Positions 16,759-26,173 of a stretch of DNA of 64,000 bases are shown here, one piece after another (the stretch's first letter is position 1; the number at the start of each line of letters is the position of its first letter). The DNA comes from Bacteroidia bacterium. Its GTDB lineage: Bacteria; Bacteroidota; Bacteroidia; UBA7662. The stretch lies in the NCBI GenBank assembly GCA_041688385.1, contig JBDNIH010000168.1:4312-68311 (forward strand), read 5' to 3'. The notes under the pieces are model-generated. The model saw nothing but the letters and a program-made list of their open reading frames with translations, did not search any database and was not told the DNA's origin. The translations under genes and the position numbers were made by a program.

Positions 16759-18559
16759 AACCGTCACATTTAACCTCAACGGATTGGTATTTACCATCGA
16801 GGAGGACGGCTACGCCCTGCTGAAACAGTATCTAGATACGGTAAAGGCCTACTTCGGTCGACAAGCCGACGGACTGGAAATAGTAAGTGAAATCGAAGCC
16901 CGCATTGCCGAAAAATTCCGTCTTGCTCTTGATGCAGCTGGCCGTCAAGTGCTCTATGCTGCTGATGTGAATCAGCTTATCACCGAAATGGGTACAGTGG
17001 ATGATTTTGAAGCCTTTGAAGCCGACGATGAAACACAAAATAATAACTATGAATCGACGTATACGGCCAGCTCAAGACCTAAGCGATTTTATCGCACCAG
17101 CCACAGCCGTATATTGGCCGGTGTTGCGAATGGTTTGGCGGTGTATTTAAAGGCAGATGTGAGTCTCGTTCGGCTGCTCTTTATTCTCAGCACAATTTTC
17201 CTCGCTGGTTTTGGTCTTATCCTCTACCTGGTATTGTGGATAGCTACACCTGAATCGGATGAAGTGGTGGCCCCAAGGCCTACCTCAAATGATAAAGGCC
17301 GTAAAAATACCCGATTATACCGCGATGCCGAAGATAAAGTGCTTGGTGGTGTTTCTGCAGGATTAGCAGCCTATCTCAGTATCGACCCACTGGCGGTGCG
17401 GATACTCTTTATTATCGCAACCTTTTGGGGTGGATTTGGCATACTCTCTTATCTCTTGCTCTGGATTGTGATGCCCGCGGCACGCAGCCTCTCTCAAAAA
17501 ATTGAGATGCGCGGACAGGAAGCCAATCTCGCGAATATGAAAGATGCCCGCCAGCCGAAAGGGGAGGTCAGGCCCAAAACAGGTCTAAATCGACTTCTCG
17601 CTCTTCCGGTAGATATTATCCGCTTTTTTGCCCATCTAATCAAAAAGATAGTCACGAGTTTTTCAGGGTTACTGCGGGTTTTTGGAGGCGGATTTTTAAT
17701 CTTCTTTAGCGCTGTTATTCTCTTCTCAATGATCGCGGTATTGAGCGTTATGATTGCCTATTTCACTGGCTATCTGTCTACCACCGAAATACCCTTCCCG
17801 CTCGAAACCATAAGTGGATCGGTTGTTTCAGACATAATCATCTCGATACTGCTGTTTTTGTTGATCATCATTCCAGTTCTCTACCTCCTCTATTTAGGCG
17901 TGCGTTTACTACTGAATCGGAAGCTATTTCGTCGTCCTGTTCTCGTGATTGGCGCTTGGAGCTGGCTGGCGGTAGTGGTGCTCTGTTTGGTAATGGCTAC
18001 ACGTACAGCACTTGAGTTTCAAAGTGAGGGCAGTATTACCCTGGATCAAAAAATTGTTTTGGGGCAAAATGAAATGCTCGAATTCCGACCTGAAGCTGAT
18101 AATGAGCAAGAACATTATGACTGGGTTAAGATTGAATGGAAAATCAGTGAAACAGATTCTGTCGTAACCCTTAAAAAGCGTCAGTTGGCAAGGGGGTCAT
18201 CGGTAGAGGTTGCACGCCAAAATGCAATGATGATCGACTACGTTATTGTAAAGACGGATACGCTAGTGGAGTTAGCGCGAGGTATTAACTTCAAGCCAGG
18301 TGCTCGTTTTCGGGCCCAGCAGGTCGAACTCGAGATTTATATCCCTAAAAATCGTCCGGTCCGTATTGATAATCGCTACTACTCGGACAGCGAGATTATC
18401 AACTATCACAATCTTGAGTTTAGCACCATAGAAACTTTTATCCTCACCGATGAAGGCCTAGCCTGCTTGAGTTGTAAACCCAGATCCACCAATACAGAAG
18501 AGGCCGACGAAGCGCTAGCACCTTTGCCAACAGCTCCGGATGCACCGGCAACCTTATAG
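16751..18559 (+). CDS. PspC-domain membrane protein (two PspC domains, large C-terminal extracytoplasmic region)
   Basis: The track ORF is 16703..18559. The likely start is ATG 16751 (MNKTVTFNL), which overlaps the PadR stop by 8 nt. Two PspC motifs are present (ILAGVANGLAVYL...LFILSTIFLAGFGLILYLVLWIATP and VLGGVSAGLAAYL...ILFIIATFWGGFGILSYLLLWIVMP). Confidence 0.75.
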   Translation: MNKTVTFNLNGLVFTIEEDGYALLKQYLDTVKAYFGRQADGLEIVSEIEARIAEKFRLALDAAGRQVLYAADVNQLITEMGTVDDFEAFEADDETQNNNYESTYTASSRPKRFYRTSHSRILAGVANGLAVYLKADVSLVRLLFILSTIFLAGFGLILYLVLWIATPESDEVVAPRPTSNDKGRKNTRLYRDAEDKVLGGVSAGLAAYLSIDPLAVRILFIIATFWGGFGILSYLLLWIVMPAARSLSQKIEMRGQEANLANMKDARQPKGEVRPKTGLNRLLALPVDIIRFFAHLIKKIVTSFSGLLRVFGGGFLIFFSAVILFSMIAVLSVMIAYFTGYLSTTEIPFPLETISGSVVSDIIISILLFLLIIIPVLYLLYLGVRLLLNRKLFRRPVLVIGAWSWLAVVVLCLVMATRTALEFQSEGSITLDQKIVLGQNEMLEFRPEADNEQEHYDWVKIEWKISETDSVVTLKKRQLARGSSVEVARQNAMMIDYVIVKTDTLVELARGINFKPGARFRAQQVELEIYIPKNRPVRIDNRYYSDSEIINYHNLEFSTIETFILTDEGLACLSCKPRSTNTEEADEALAPLPTAPDAPATL

Positions 18560-18649
18560 ACGAAACGCAACTAACGGCTGAAAATTAGGCGTTGGTATGC
18601 GAAAGAATACAGACAGGTTTATTCCTGTTGGTATTGACCAGATTTCGCT

Positions 18650-19044
18650 TCAAAACCCTGTCGTCGCGAGATGGCAGGGTTTGTTTTTACCCTCGATTTT
18701 TCCTTGCAGCATACCATTTAGCTGGGTTTTATTAATATACCGGGTGATATTATCTATTTGTTCCTGTTTAAAAATAACCTTGAAATAATACGAGCGCTGC
18801 CATTTAAACAGGGCACAGCCTGCCAAATGAATCCATTTGCTGGAGGGGGTCTTGTAGGCGCCTATTAGTTGTGATACAAAATGATTTTTGATGGTGGGAG
18901 AAGGGTTTTGTCGTATGGAATGTGAATTAATGCGCGCGTATGATCCGGCATAATTACAAAGGCAACCACCGTAACGTAGGGATATTGTTTTTCCAACCAC
19001 AACCATTGTTGGTGTGCAATCTGGCCATTGGCATTCAGTTGCAT
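18650..19044 (-). pseudogene. IS200/IS605-like (REP-associated tyrosine transposase-like) transposase remnant, frameshifted and with degenerate HUH motif
   Basis: The N-terminal fragment (18865..19044, 59 aa, below track cutoff) reads ...YVTVVAFVIMPDHTRALIHIP, which aligns to the RAYT VVLPEHMHCIWTLP region (HUH becomes HTR). The C-terminal fragment in another frame (track ORF 18650..19006) contains LFKWQRSYYFKVIFKQEQIDNITRYINKTQ (compare RAYT WQPRFWEHAIRN...YIYINP). The two frames overlap, so there is at least one frameshift. Confidence 0.5.
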
Positions 19045-19316
19045 GCCCTTGCTATTCAGCTCGCCAAATAGAAGAAATCGATCCTATATGCCTGTTGTAA
19101 CCTAATACAACCCATCCGACCGGTAATTAAACCCGGGATGCCGCAGGCGTTTTTGGTATTGCTCCATGTTTCCGTTCCCTACGTTCCCGAAACCGGATTG
19201 CCATACCGGCAATTCCGATTTGGTATTCATAATGCTGCGGCACAGCGCCCATATTGTGGTTTTTTAATGCCACGCGGCACCGTCATGGCATATCGTGGCA
19301 ACGGCGTTTTTTCAAA

Positions 19317-20426
19317 TCACCATTTCCCAAACCAACCGCGGCGCCAAAACAATAACAATAAACCTACAGCGGCAAAAAACATAAAAGCCAAAACAGATAC
19401 ATAGCCATGAGGACTATACAATTCTGGCATATTCCAAGGAAGGGGGCTGCCGTCTTTGGCCTCCCGGGCGAAATTCATGCCGTACAAACCAGCGATAAAA
19501 CTGAGCGGTATAAATATGGCCGATAACATCGTGAGCACCTTCATGATTTCATTCATGCGGTTACTAACATTGGCCATATACAAATCCATTAAATTGGCGG
19601 CGACTTCTCGGTAGTTCTCAACGAGGTCCATCAAGGTGCCGAGGTGGTCGTATAAATCGTGGAGGTATATCTCGAGATTGTCCTGTTTGTTGAGGTGGTT
19701 GTGCCGGATGAGAGTATTAATTTTTTCGCGTTCTGGCCACACGATGCGCCGCACATCCATGAGCTCATGCTTTAGCTCAAGTATCAGGTTGCGGTGTTTG
19801 CGTTGCGCAGTGTCAAGTAGCTGATTTTCGAGTTTTTCAAGTTGCTGGTCGATGTCGGAGACGACCGAAAAGTAATTATCAACCACCGCATCAAATATCG
19901 CGTAAAGTAGGTATTCCGATTTCCGCGTACGCATGGGCATCCGTTCGTCGCGTATGCGGTTGCGAACCGGTTCTAGCACATCGTCGTAGGTGTGTTGTAT
20001 GGTAAGGAGTACGTTATCGCATAGAAAAAGACTAAGCTGTTCGTTATACAATTTACGGCCATCGGGACTGTACAACATCCGACTGATAGCATAGAGGTGG
20101 CCAAAATTATACTCCACCTTGGGTTGCTGCTGACTGCCAATGTCTTCAAGTTCCAGTGGGTGAATGTTGAATTTTTTTTCGAGCCAGACATACAATTCTG
20201 GGTCTTTGATCCCTCGAATATCTACCCAAATAGTATGTTCGGGGTGAAGACTGATAATTTCTTCGACACGACCATAGTTGATGTCCTTTTCTTCGAGGTG
20301 GTAGCCAGGTTGGTGGGCATGGACAAAAATGCGGGTGGCAAGCGCATTGGTAGGTATAAAAATGGTACCCGGCTTAGCGCCAATTTTAGCTTTGTTGTAC
20401 CGGAAACGGCTGCGGCGCTGACTCAT
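19317..20426 (-). CDS. corA: Magnesium/cobalt transporter CorA
   Basis: The 369 aa protein has the GMN signature (LYGMNFAREA) before two C-terminal transmembrane helices. Confidence 0.9.
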   Translation of the reverse strand: MSQRRSRFRYNKAKIGAKPGTIFIPTNALATRIFVHAHQPGYHLEEKDINYGRVEEIISLHPEHTIWVDIRGIKDPELYVWLEKKFNIHPLELEDIGSQQQPKVEYNFGHLYAISRMLYSPDGRKLYNEQLSLFLCDNVLLTIQHTYDDVLEPVRNRIRDERMPMRTRKSEYLLYAIFDAVVDNYFSVVSDIDQQLEKLENQLLDTAQRKHRNLILELKHELMDVRRIVWPEREKINTLIRHNHLNKQDNLEIYLHDLYDHLGTLMDLVENYREVAANLMDLYMANVSNRMNEIMKVLTMLSAIFIPLSFIAGLYGMNFAREAKDGSPLPWNMPELYSPHGYVSVLAFMFFAAVGLLLLFWRRGWFGKW

Positions 20427-20470
20427 ATCCCTAAAGATAGGAAAGCCGCTTCATACGTGCTTAGCCCCTT

Positions 20471-21745
20471 TTGCGTTATCTTCGTCTTATGCGTTTTTAT
20501 CTCACTTTATTGTTTTTGTTACTGGCCATTCATGGCTCTGCCAGTCAGTTGTTGATTTCTATGGATCAGGCGCAAAAAAACCATCTCAAGGCCTATGGAA
20601 TCGCGTATTGGTGTCTTGAGCGGGATTTGGAGGTGAACTGGATGCTCAATTACCGCGGGGGCAGTTTCAGCATGGCGCATACCATTACCTTAGAACAAGA
20701 ATGCCGCATTCGAGGGGTAAGCTTTGAAATTTTACCGGATGTAAGCTATCAGCAAATTGTAGCACGAATGGCCGATCCAGAGGTGAATATGGACCTAGTG
20801 AAGCTCGAAAAAGCACCTAAAATTGCTGTCTATTCCCCAAAAACCAAACAACCCTGGGACGATGCCGTAACCCTCGCCCTGACCTATGCCGAAATCCCCT
20901 ATGATGTCATCTTCGACGAAGAAATGATGGACGGCAAGCTGCCACTCTATGACTGGTTGCACCTTCATCACGAAGATTTTACCGGTCAGTTTGGTCGTTT
21001 TTATGCCTCCTTCAAAGATGCCCCCTGGTACCAAGCCGAGGTAAAATCAAACAACGAAACCGCCCGAAAATATGGCTTTAGCAAAGTATCACAACTTAAA
21101 CTGGCCGTTGCTCACCGCATCCGAGATTTTGTAACCGGCGGCGGATTTTTATTTGCCATGTGCTCAGCTACCGACACCTATGACATTGCCCTCTCTGCCG
21201 AGGGCGTAGACATCTGCGAAAGTATGTACGATGGTGACCCCATCGATCCGCAAGCCCAGCGGAAGCTAGATTTTAGCAAAACATTCGCCTTTCAGAACTA
21301 CCGACTCACCCGCAACCCCTTCGAATACGAATACTCCGATATCGATGCCACCCAAACACGTGGATTTATACCTGAACAAAATGATATGTTTAGCCTATTT
21401 GAGTTTTCTGCCAAATGGGACCCGATTCCTACCATGTTGTGCCAAAATCACACCCAAGTCATCAAAGGTTTTATGGGGCAAACCACCGCCTTCCGCACAG
21501 AAGTGATGAAATCGAACGTGCTCATCCTCGGTGAAAGCAAAGCCCTAGGTGAGGCTAGATATATCCACGGGGAATACGGCAAAGGCACCTGGACATTTTA
21601 CGGTGGCCACGACCCAGAAGATTACCAACACCTGGTAGGCGAACCACCAACAGACTTAAACCTGCACCCCAACAGCCCCGGCTACCGCCTGATTCTGAAC
21701 AACATTCTGTTCCCAGCTGCAAAAAAGAAAAAGCAGAAAACCTGA
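20471..21745 (+). CDS. Secreted hypothetical protein with class-I glutamine-amidotransferase-like (DJ-1/PfpI/ThuA-like) core
   Basis: The 424 aa protein has a signal peptide. A GGGFLFAMCSATD segment resembles the nucleophile-elbow Cys of GATase1-like folds, and there is an HHEDF motif. It ends in a Lys-rich tail. Assignment is tentative. Confidence 0.4.
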   Translation: MRYLRLMRFYLTLLFLLLAIHGSASQLLISMDQAQKNHLKAYGIAYWCLERDLEVNWMLNYRGGSFSMAHTITLEQECRIRGVSFEILPDVSYQQIVARMADPEVNMDLVKLEKAPKIAVYSPKTKQPWDDAVTLALTYAEIPYDVIFDEEMMDGKLPLYDWLHLHHEDFTGQFGRFYASFKDAPWYQAEVKSNNETARKYGFSKVSQLKLAVAHRIRDFVTGGGFLFAMCSATDTYDIALSAEGVDICESMYDGDPIDPQAQRKLDFSKTFAFQNYRLTRNPFEYEYSDIDATQTRGFIPEQNDMFSLFEFSAKWDPIPTMLCQNHTQVIKGFMGQTTAFRTEVMKSNVLILGESKALGEARYIHGEYGKGTWTFYGGHDPEDYQHLVGEPPTDLNLHPNSPGYRLILNNILFPAAKKKKQKT

Positions 21746-22315
21746 GCGAAATCGAAATCACCATCTAAGCGGCAGTTGAGCGAAGCCGAAACCATCGTTT
21801 TGTAGGCACACGCCACCGCGTCCTACTATTAATATCCTGCTACAGCAAACCAGCCTTAACCTGTTCCGCAGCCTTGTCCTTCAACGAGCTGATATCTATT
21901 TCCTGCAGACCCGCAGGGGTAGTCAATTTGAGCACAAAAGATATAGAGCTGATATCCGTTACAGCTGAGCGCTCAACGGTATGAATGGATTTTATGCTTG
22001 GTAATTACCAGCTAATGTTTTGACTGTCCCAGCTAACGAAAAATTGAGGTTGAAAGCCGTGTTCATAAATAACACGGAGCCAAGGTATAAAAGTGATTGT
22101 TGCGTTTTTCAAGATATGCTTCGCCAATTCAGCACCATTCCTTGTTGTGCTACAGCCAATCCATCTTGCGTAAGTAGGTATATGCCAACCAACAACAATA
22201 CCGATTTAAGTGCGGTATTCCACAAAGACGGTATGGGGATTTCAATGCGTTCCATTCAATCCATTTGAGGCTAAAATACCACAGTCGAAGAAAGGTGTAA
22301 ACGGTATTGCAGTAC

Positions 22316-24199
22316 TCAATTGTAAAACCCCCAACTCACCCCAAAACGAAAGGCCCTGCCATACATCGGGTACAATGGGGTAGCAAATACGTTCGGCCTC
22401 GGAAACCCTTGATTGGCATGCTCAAAACGGGCAAACAAACGGGTGCGTTTTACTTTGATGGCGGCAAATACATCAATTATGGGGTAATTCCCAATTCGTA
22501 AACTGTCCTGTAATACAAATTGCCCCGTTTCGGGTCGGAAGGCTTCGGCGCGGTAGCTGGTGTTAAAACGGATTTCTGTACCTACTTGAATCATCCAGCC
22601 GGTTTTAAAATGGTGCTCAAAATGCAACATGTCGTGGCTCGCAAAAGTGGGTATGCGCACCAAGCCATTGTTGGTTTGTTGCAGACTGTGGTTGATGTTC
22701 AGATGCATTTTCCAAATTTTCAAGTGGGTGCCATAACGCAACTGAAGCACATTGATGTTGCCATTTTGTTGAAAGGGACGACCGTCGCTCGCATAAAAAA
22801 TACCATTTTCGAGCTGGTTGGCGGTTATACTCGTCCAAAGTATCGGAAGATCAATCCGTATCCCAAGTTGTTGCTGGCGTATGCTGCCAAAGGTTTGGTT
22901 CCAGGCGTGGTGGTTGCTCAGAAAACGCAGGCTGATCAAATCAGGGTTTTGTAAGCGGCTATCGATGGTAAAGCTGAGCTTGACTTGGCTGAAGGTAAGC
23001 TTACTTTCAAAATTGGCGGCGTAAGTTGCTGCTTGCAGACTGTGATAGGGCGTTGCTGTGAATAACAACACATTTTTAAAACGACCCAACTGGTGCCGAA
23101 TTTCACCATCAAAACCTGCCAGGGTGTAGTTTTCGCGACCATAGCCTAAATCAGCAGCACCATGTCCAAAACGGCCGTTTAGCTGCCATTGTAGGTGCGC
23201 AAACGGACTTTCGCTGCCAATACCTAGAATGTGGCTAAAAGTTTCGAGGCCGGTGGTGTCGAAAGTGGTTGTGCTGTCACGTAAAATACCTGGATAATAG
23301 GCGATACCTTGGAGTGGGCTGAGGTCGGTATAGCGGTAGTATTCGCGGCTAAAGTCGAAACGATGGAAAAGCCGCAGTCCTTGAAAACTGCTATCAGCAC
23401 CACTCAGGCGGTAATATTGGCTAATTTGTATCGTCCGCTGGTTATGTCGTGAAGTGGCGGCGGTTAGGTTTGTAGGTACACTTAGCGGATTAAATGCAAC
23501 GGTGGTATCAAACAAAGTGCCCAACCGAATGCCTCCATTTTGCTCATCGAGCCGGTTGTTGTTGCTGTAATTTATAAAAGCAGCGTAACGGTGGCCCGGC
23601 AATTTAAATGAGGCAAATAAGCGCAGACTTTTATTGTTTGTGGCCTGGTTGAGATAAAATCCTTCCGACGACAATAGCCTATATTCTGCACCAACATTAA
23701 AGCTTTCACCTATGTTTTGGGTATGAAACGCCTTAAAATGTTGCTGTACGGTACCTCCTGTCATGAAGTCGATCACCGTTAGTGGTTTATTTACCTGCCA
23801 GTATTCATTGGTAGCTGGAGTGAAGCCCACATCATAAATTTCGTATTGCCTAAAACCGAGTCGGATAGGAGCGTAATTGCCGAGTTCATAAGTCAGCGGT
23901 TGAGCAAAACTGCCTAATATTCCGCCGGTTTGTATCATTTTCAACGCCTTTTGTGAAGGGTCGTACCACTGTGCGCCCAATAAGGTAGTGTCTGGACTTC
24001 GTGAAAAAGTGGTGTCGAAACCAAAATCGGTTACTAAAAAACGCCGAAGAATCAGGTCTTTTTCATCTACATCCAAAGTGTCGGTTTGGGTGGTATTGCC
24101 CATACTCTGAGCAGCAGCATTTGCGCTGAGTATAATCAGCCCTAACAAGCCAAATAAAACTACTGAAATAACTGAAAGACGAAAAAATCCCAAGCTCAT
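22316..24199 (-). CDS. Putative outer-membrane beta-barrel porin (Bacteroidetes putative-porin family-like)
   Basis: The 627 aa protein has a signal peptide and alternating amphipathic beta-strand character throughout. Its C-terminus ends FRFGVSWGFYN, an aromatic-rich terminal strand. Confidence 0.55.
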   Translation of the reverse strand: MSLGFFRLSVISVVLFGLLGLIILSANAAAQSMGNTTQTDTLDVDEKDLILRRFLVTDFGFDTTFSRSPDTTLLGAQWYDPSQKALKMIQTGGILGSFAQPLTYELGNYAPIRLGFRQYEIYDVGFTPATNEYWQVNKPLTVIDFMTGGTVQQHFKAFHTQNIGESFNVGAEYRLLSSEGFYLNQATNNKSLRLFASFKLPGHRYAAFINYSNNNRLDEQNGGIRLGTLFDTTVAFNPLSVPTNLTAATSRHNQRTIQISQYYRLSGADSSFQGLRLFHRFDFSREYYRYTDLSPLQGIAYYPGILRDSTTTFDTTGLETFSHILGIGSESPFAHLQWQLNGRFGHGAADLGYGRENYTLAGFDGEIRHQLGRFKNVLLFTATPYHSLQAATYAANFESKLTFSQVKLSFTIDSRLQNPDLISLRFLSNHHAWNQTFGSIRQQQLGIRIDLPILWTSITANQLENGIFYASDGRPFQQNGNINVLQLRYGTHLKIWKMHLNINHSLQQTNNGLVRIPTFASHDMLHFEHHFKTGWMIQVGTEIRFNTSYRAEAFRPETGQFVLQDSLRIGNYPIIDVFAAIKVKRTRLFARFEHANQGFPRPNVFATPLYPMYGRAFRFGVSWGFYN

Positions 24200-24201
24200 G
24201 C

Positions 24202-25059
24202 TTATAAATCTGCAATCAATGCTTTGATGATGAGCGACATATTGGGTTCCGCCTTTTTTGCGGCATCGATGATACTGGCAATGGTTACTTCCTCAGCTGA
24301 GGTCGGGAAACCTTGATCTGTGATTACCGAAAGGGCAAAACAAGGAATGCCCATTTGACGGGCTACTATTACTTCAGGCACCGTGCTCATACCCACTGCA
24401 TCGGCTCCCAAACGGTGGAGGTAGCGGTATTCGGCCGGCGTTTCGAGCGCTGGCCCTTGCACAGCGGCATACACACCTGGTATAAGTTTGATGCCGTTTT
24501 TGGCGGCTATACCCATGGCTTTGTCGATGAGTTTGCGGTCATAGGGCTCCGACATCTGCGGAAAACGCGGGCCATATTCTGGCAGATGTAATCCCCGCAA
24601 CGGATGTTCAGGTAACAGATTGATGTGGTCGTTGATGACCATCAGGTCCGAGACTTTCAATGCCGGATTCAGACCGCCAGATGCATTCGAAACTATCAAG
24701 GTTTCTACCCCCAGATACTTCATCACCCGCACTGGGAAGGTGACCTGCTGCATGCTGTACCCTTCGTAATAATGAAAACGACCCGACATGACGATCACCT
24801 CCTTACCTGCCAATTTGCCAAGGAGCAAACGGCCGCGGTGACTTTCGGTGGTAGAGATGGGGAAGTTCGGGATCTGCGAATAGGATATACTATGCGACAC
24901 TTCAACTTCATCGGCCAAAGAGCCGAGGCCAGTGCCTAATATGATGCCAATACGGGGTTTGATACCAATGCGCTCTTGCAGGTAATCAACGGTTTCTTTG
25001 ATGGTACTTAACATAAGCTTCGATTTTAGCGATGAAAGCCGCTCTATCGGCCTCATCAA
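24202..25059 (-). CDS. Purine nucleoside phosphorylase (PNP/MTAP family I)
   Basis: The 285 aa ORF may start later, at MLSTIKE (25014). The motifs GIILGTGLG, VMSGRFHYYEGY and STVPEV are typical of trimeric PNP. Confidence 0.85.
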   Translation of the reverse strand: MMRPIERLSSLKSKLMLSTIKETVDYLQERIGIKPRIGIILGTGLGSLADEVEVSHSISYSQIPNFPISTTESHRGRLLLGKLAGKEVIVMSGRFHYYEGYSMQQVTFPVRVMKYLGVETLIVSNASGGLNPALKVSDLMVINDHINLLPEHPLRGLHLPEYGPRFPQMSEPYDRKLIDKAMGIAAKNGIKLIPGVYAAVQGPALETPAEYRYLHRLGADAVGMSTVPEVIVARQMGIPCFALSVITDQGFPTSAEEVTIASIIDAAKKAEPNMSLIIKALIADL

Positions 25060-26050
25060 AGCCGATTTCTATCGGCAGGCTGGCCAGTGGAATCTGGTTA
25101 GTGACAAACCAGTCGCCAAAATCGCGAAGTTTTACGAAATCTTTCTCCGTTGTGAGCACTACTTTTTTTTCCGACTCAATTTCTTGCCATGCTTTGGCGA
25201 TTTGTTTGAGCTGTTTTTTCCCATAATGCTGGTGATCGGCATAAGCAAGATGGGTATAGTTGATGTTCTTCGATTTTAACTTTTCGGTGAGCGAATGAGG
25301 GTTGGCAATGCCGGTTACCAATAATACATGGGTGTTTTTGTCGATGTTGAAGGTTTCAAATGGCTCCATAAATACCGGGTCGGTATAACGGATATGCGAA
25401 AAAATAACCAGCTGATGTGCGGCGGCGCCCACTTTGGTGAAGATGAATTTTTTGTCGTATACATTGATACGCGTAGGCGCTTTCGTGAATATAATGATAT
25501 CAGCGCGCCGGAAGCCCGAACGGAATTCTCTCAGCTTACCCACCGGTAAGAGCTGGTCGTTGTAATAGGGCTCGTTATAATCGCTAAGCAGAATGTTGAG
25601 GTCGGCTTTCACCCGGCGGTGTTGGAAACCATCATCGAGAACCACAGCGGATAAAAGCGGATTCAGCGCATTGAGCTGTTCGATACCCGTTTTACGGTCT
25701 TCACATACCGCCACCTGCACATCCGGCAGCTTAAGAAACATTTGAAAGGGCTCGTCACCCAAGGTATCGGCGTTGTCATCCGGACCGGCGAGGCGAAAAC
25801 CACGGGTTTTGCGCTTATAACCCCGACTTAAAATAGCCACTGCTGGGAAACTCTCGGCCAGCATAGCGGCGATAAGTTCGGTATGCGGGGTTTTGCCAGT
25901 TCCGCCTACACTGAGATTTCCGATTTTGACGATTGCCTGGTCAAAACTAAAGGATTTTTTGATGCCAGCATCATAAAGTGAATGGCGTAGCCAGATTCCA
26001 AACCCATACAAAAGGGCAAAGGGGTACAATAAAAATTGGACTGGTCGCAT
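24986..26050 (-). CDS. lpxK: Tetraacyldisaccharide 4'-kinase
   Basis: The P-loop NLSVGGTGKTP and the SRGYKRK motif are present. 354 aa. Confidence 0.85.
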   Translation of the reverse strand: MRPVQFLLYPFALLYGFGIWLRHSLYDAGIKKSFSFDQAIVKIGNLSVGGTGKTPHTELIAAMLAESFPAVAILSRGYKRKTRGFRLAGPDDNADTLGDEPFQMFLKLPDVQVAVCEDRKTGIEQLNALNPLLSAVVLDDGFQHRRVKADLNILLSDYNEPYYNDQLLPVGKLREFRSGFRRADIIIFTKAPTRINVYDKKFIFTKVGAAAHQLVIFSHIRYTDPVFMEPFETFNIDKNTHVLLVTGIANPHSLTEKLKSKNINYTHLAYADHQHYGKKQLKQIAKAWQEIESEKKVVLTTEKDFVKLRDFGDWFVTNQIPLASLPIEIGFDEADRAAFIAKIEAYVKYHQRNR

Positions 26051-26173
26051 GATTGAACTCGAAGCTACACATTAGCAACAAAAAACCCAAAAGTAGGCAA
26101 ACCTTATCCGTATTTGTGGGTAGATAAACGTTTTATCGGCGGGGAGAAGCAGGGCATTTAGTATGTTTGCCGC

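Noticed and set aside
18597-19404. Track ORFs 18597..18788 (+) and 19138..19404 (+) lie near the transposase relic.
   Set aside because: They have no motif support and overlap the RAYT remnant or the corA 3' end.
22020-22268. An 82-aa plus-strand ORF lies in the porin-downstream intergenic region.
   Set aside because: It has no homology signal and is Cys/Asn-rich junk-like. It is treated as non-coding.
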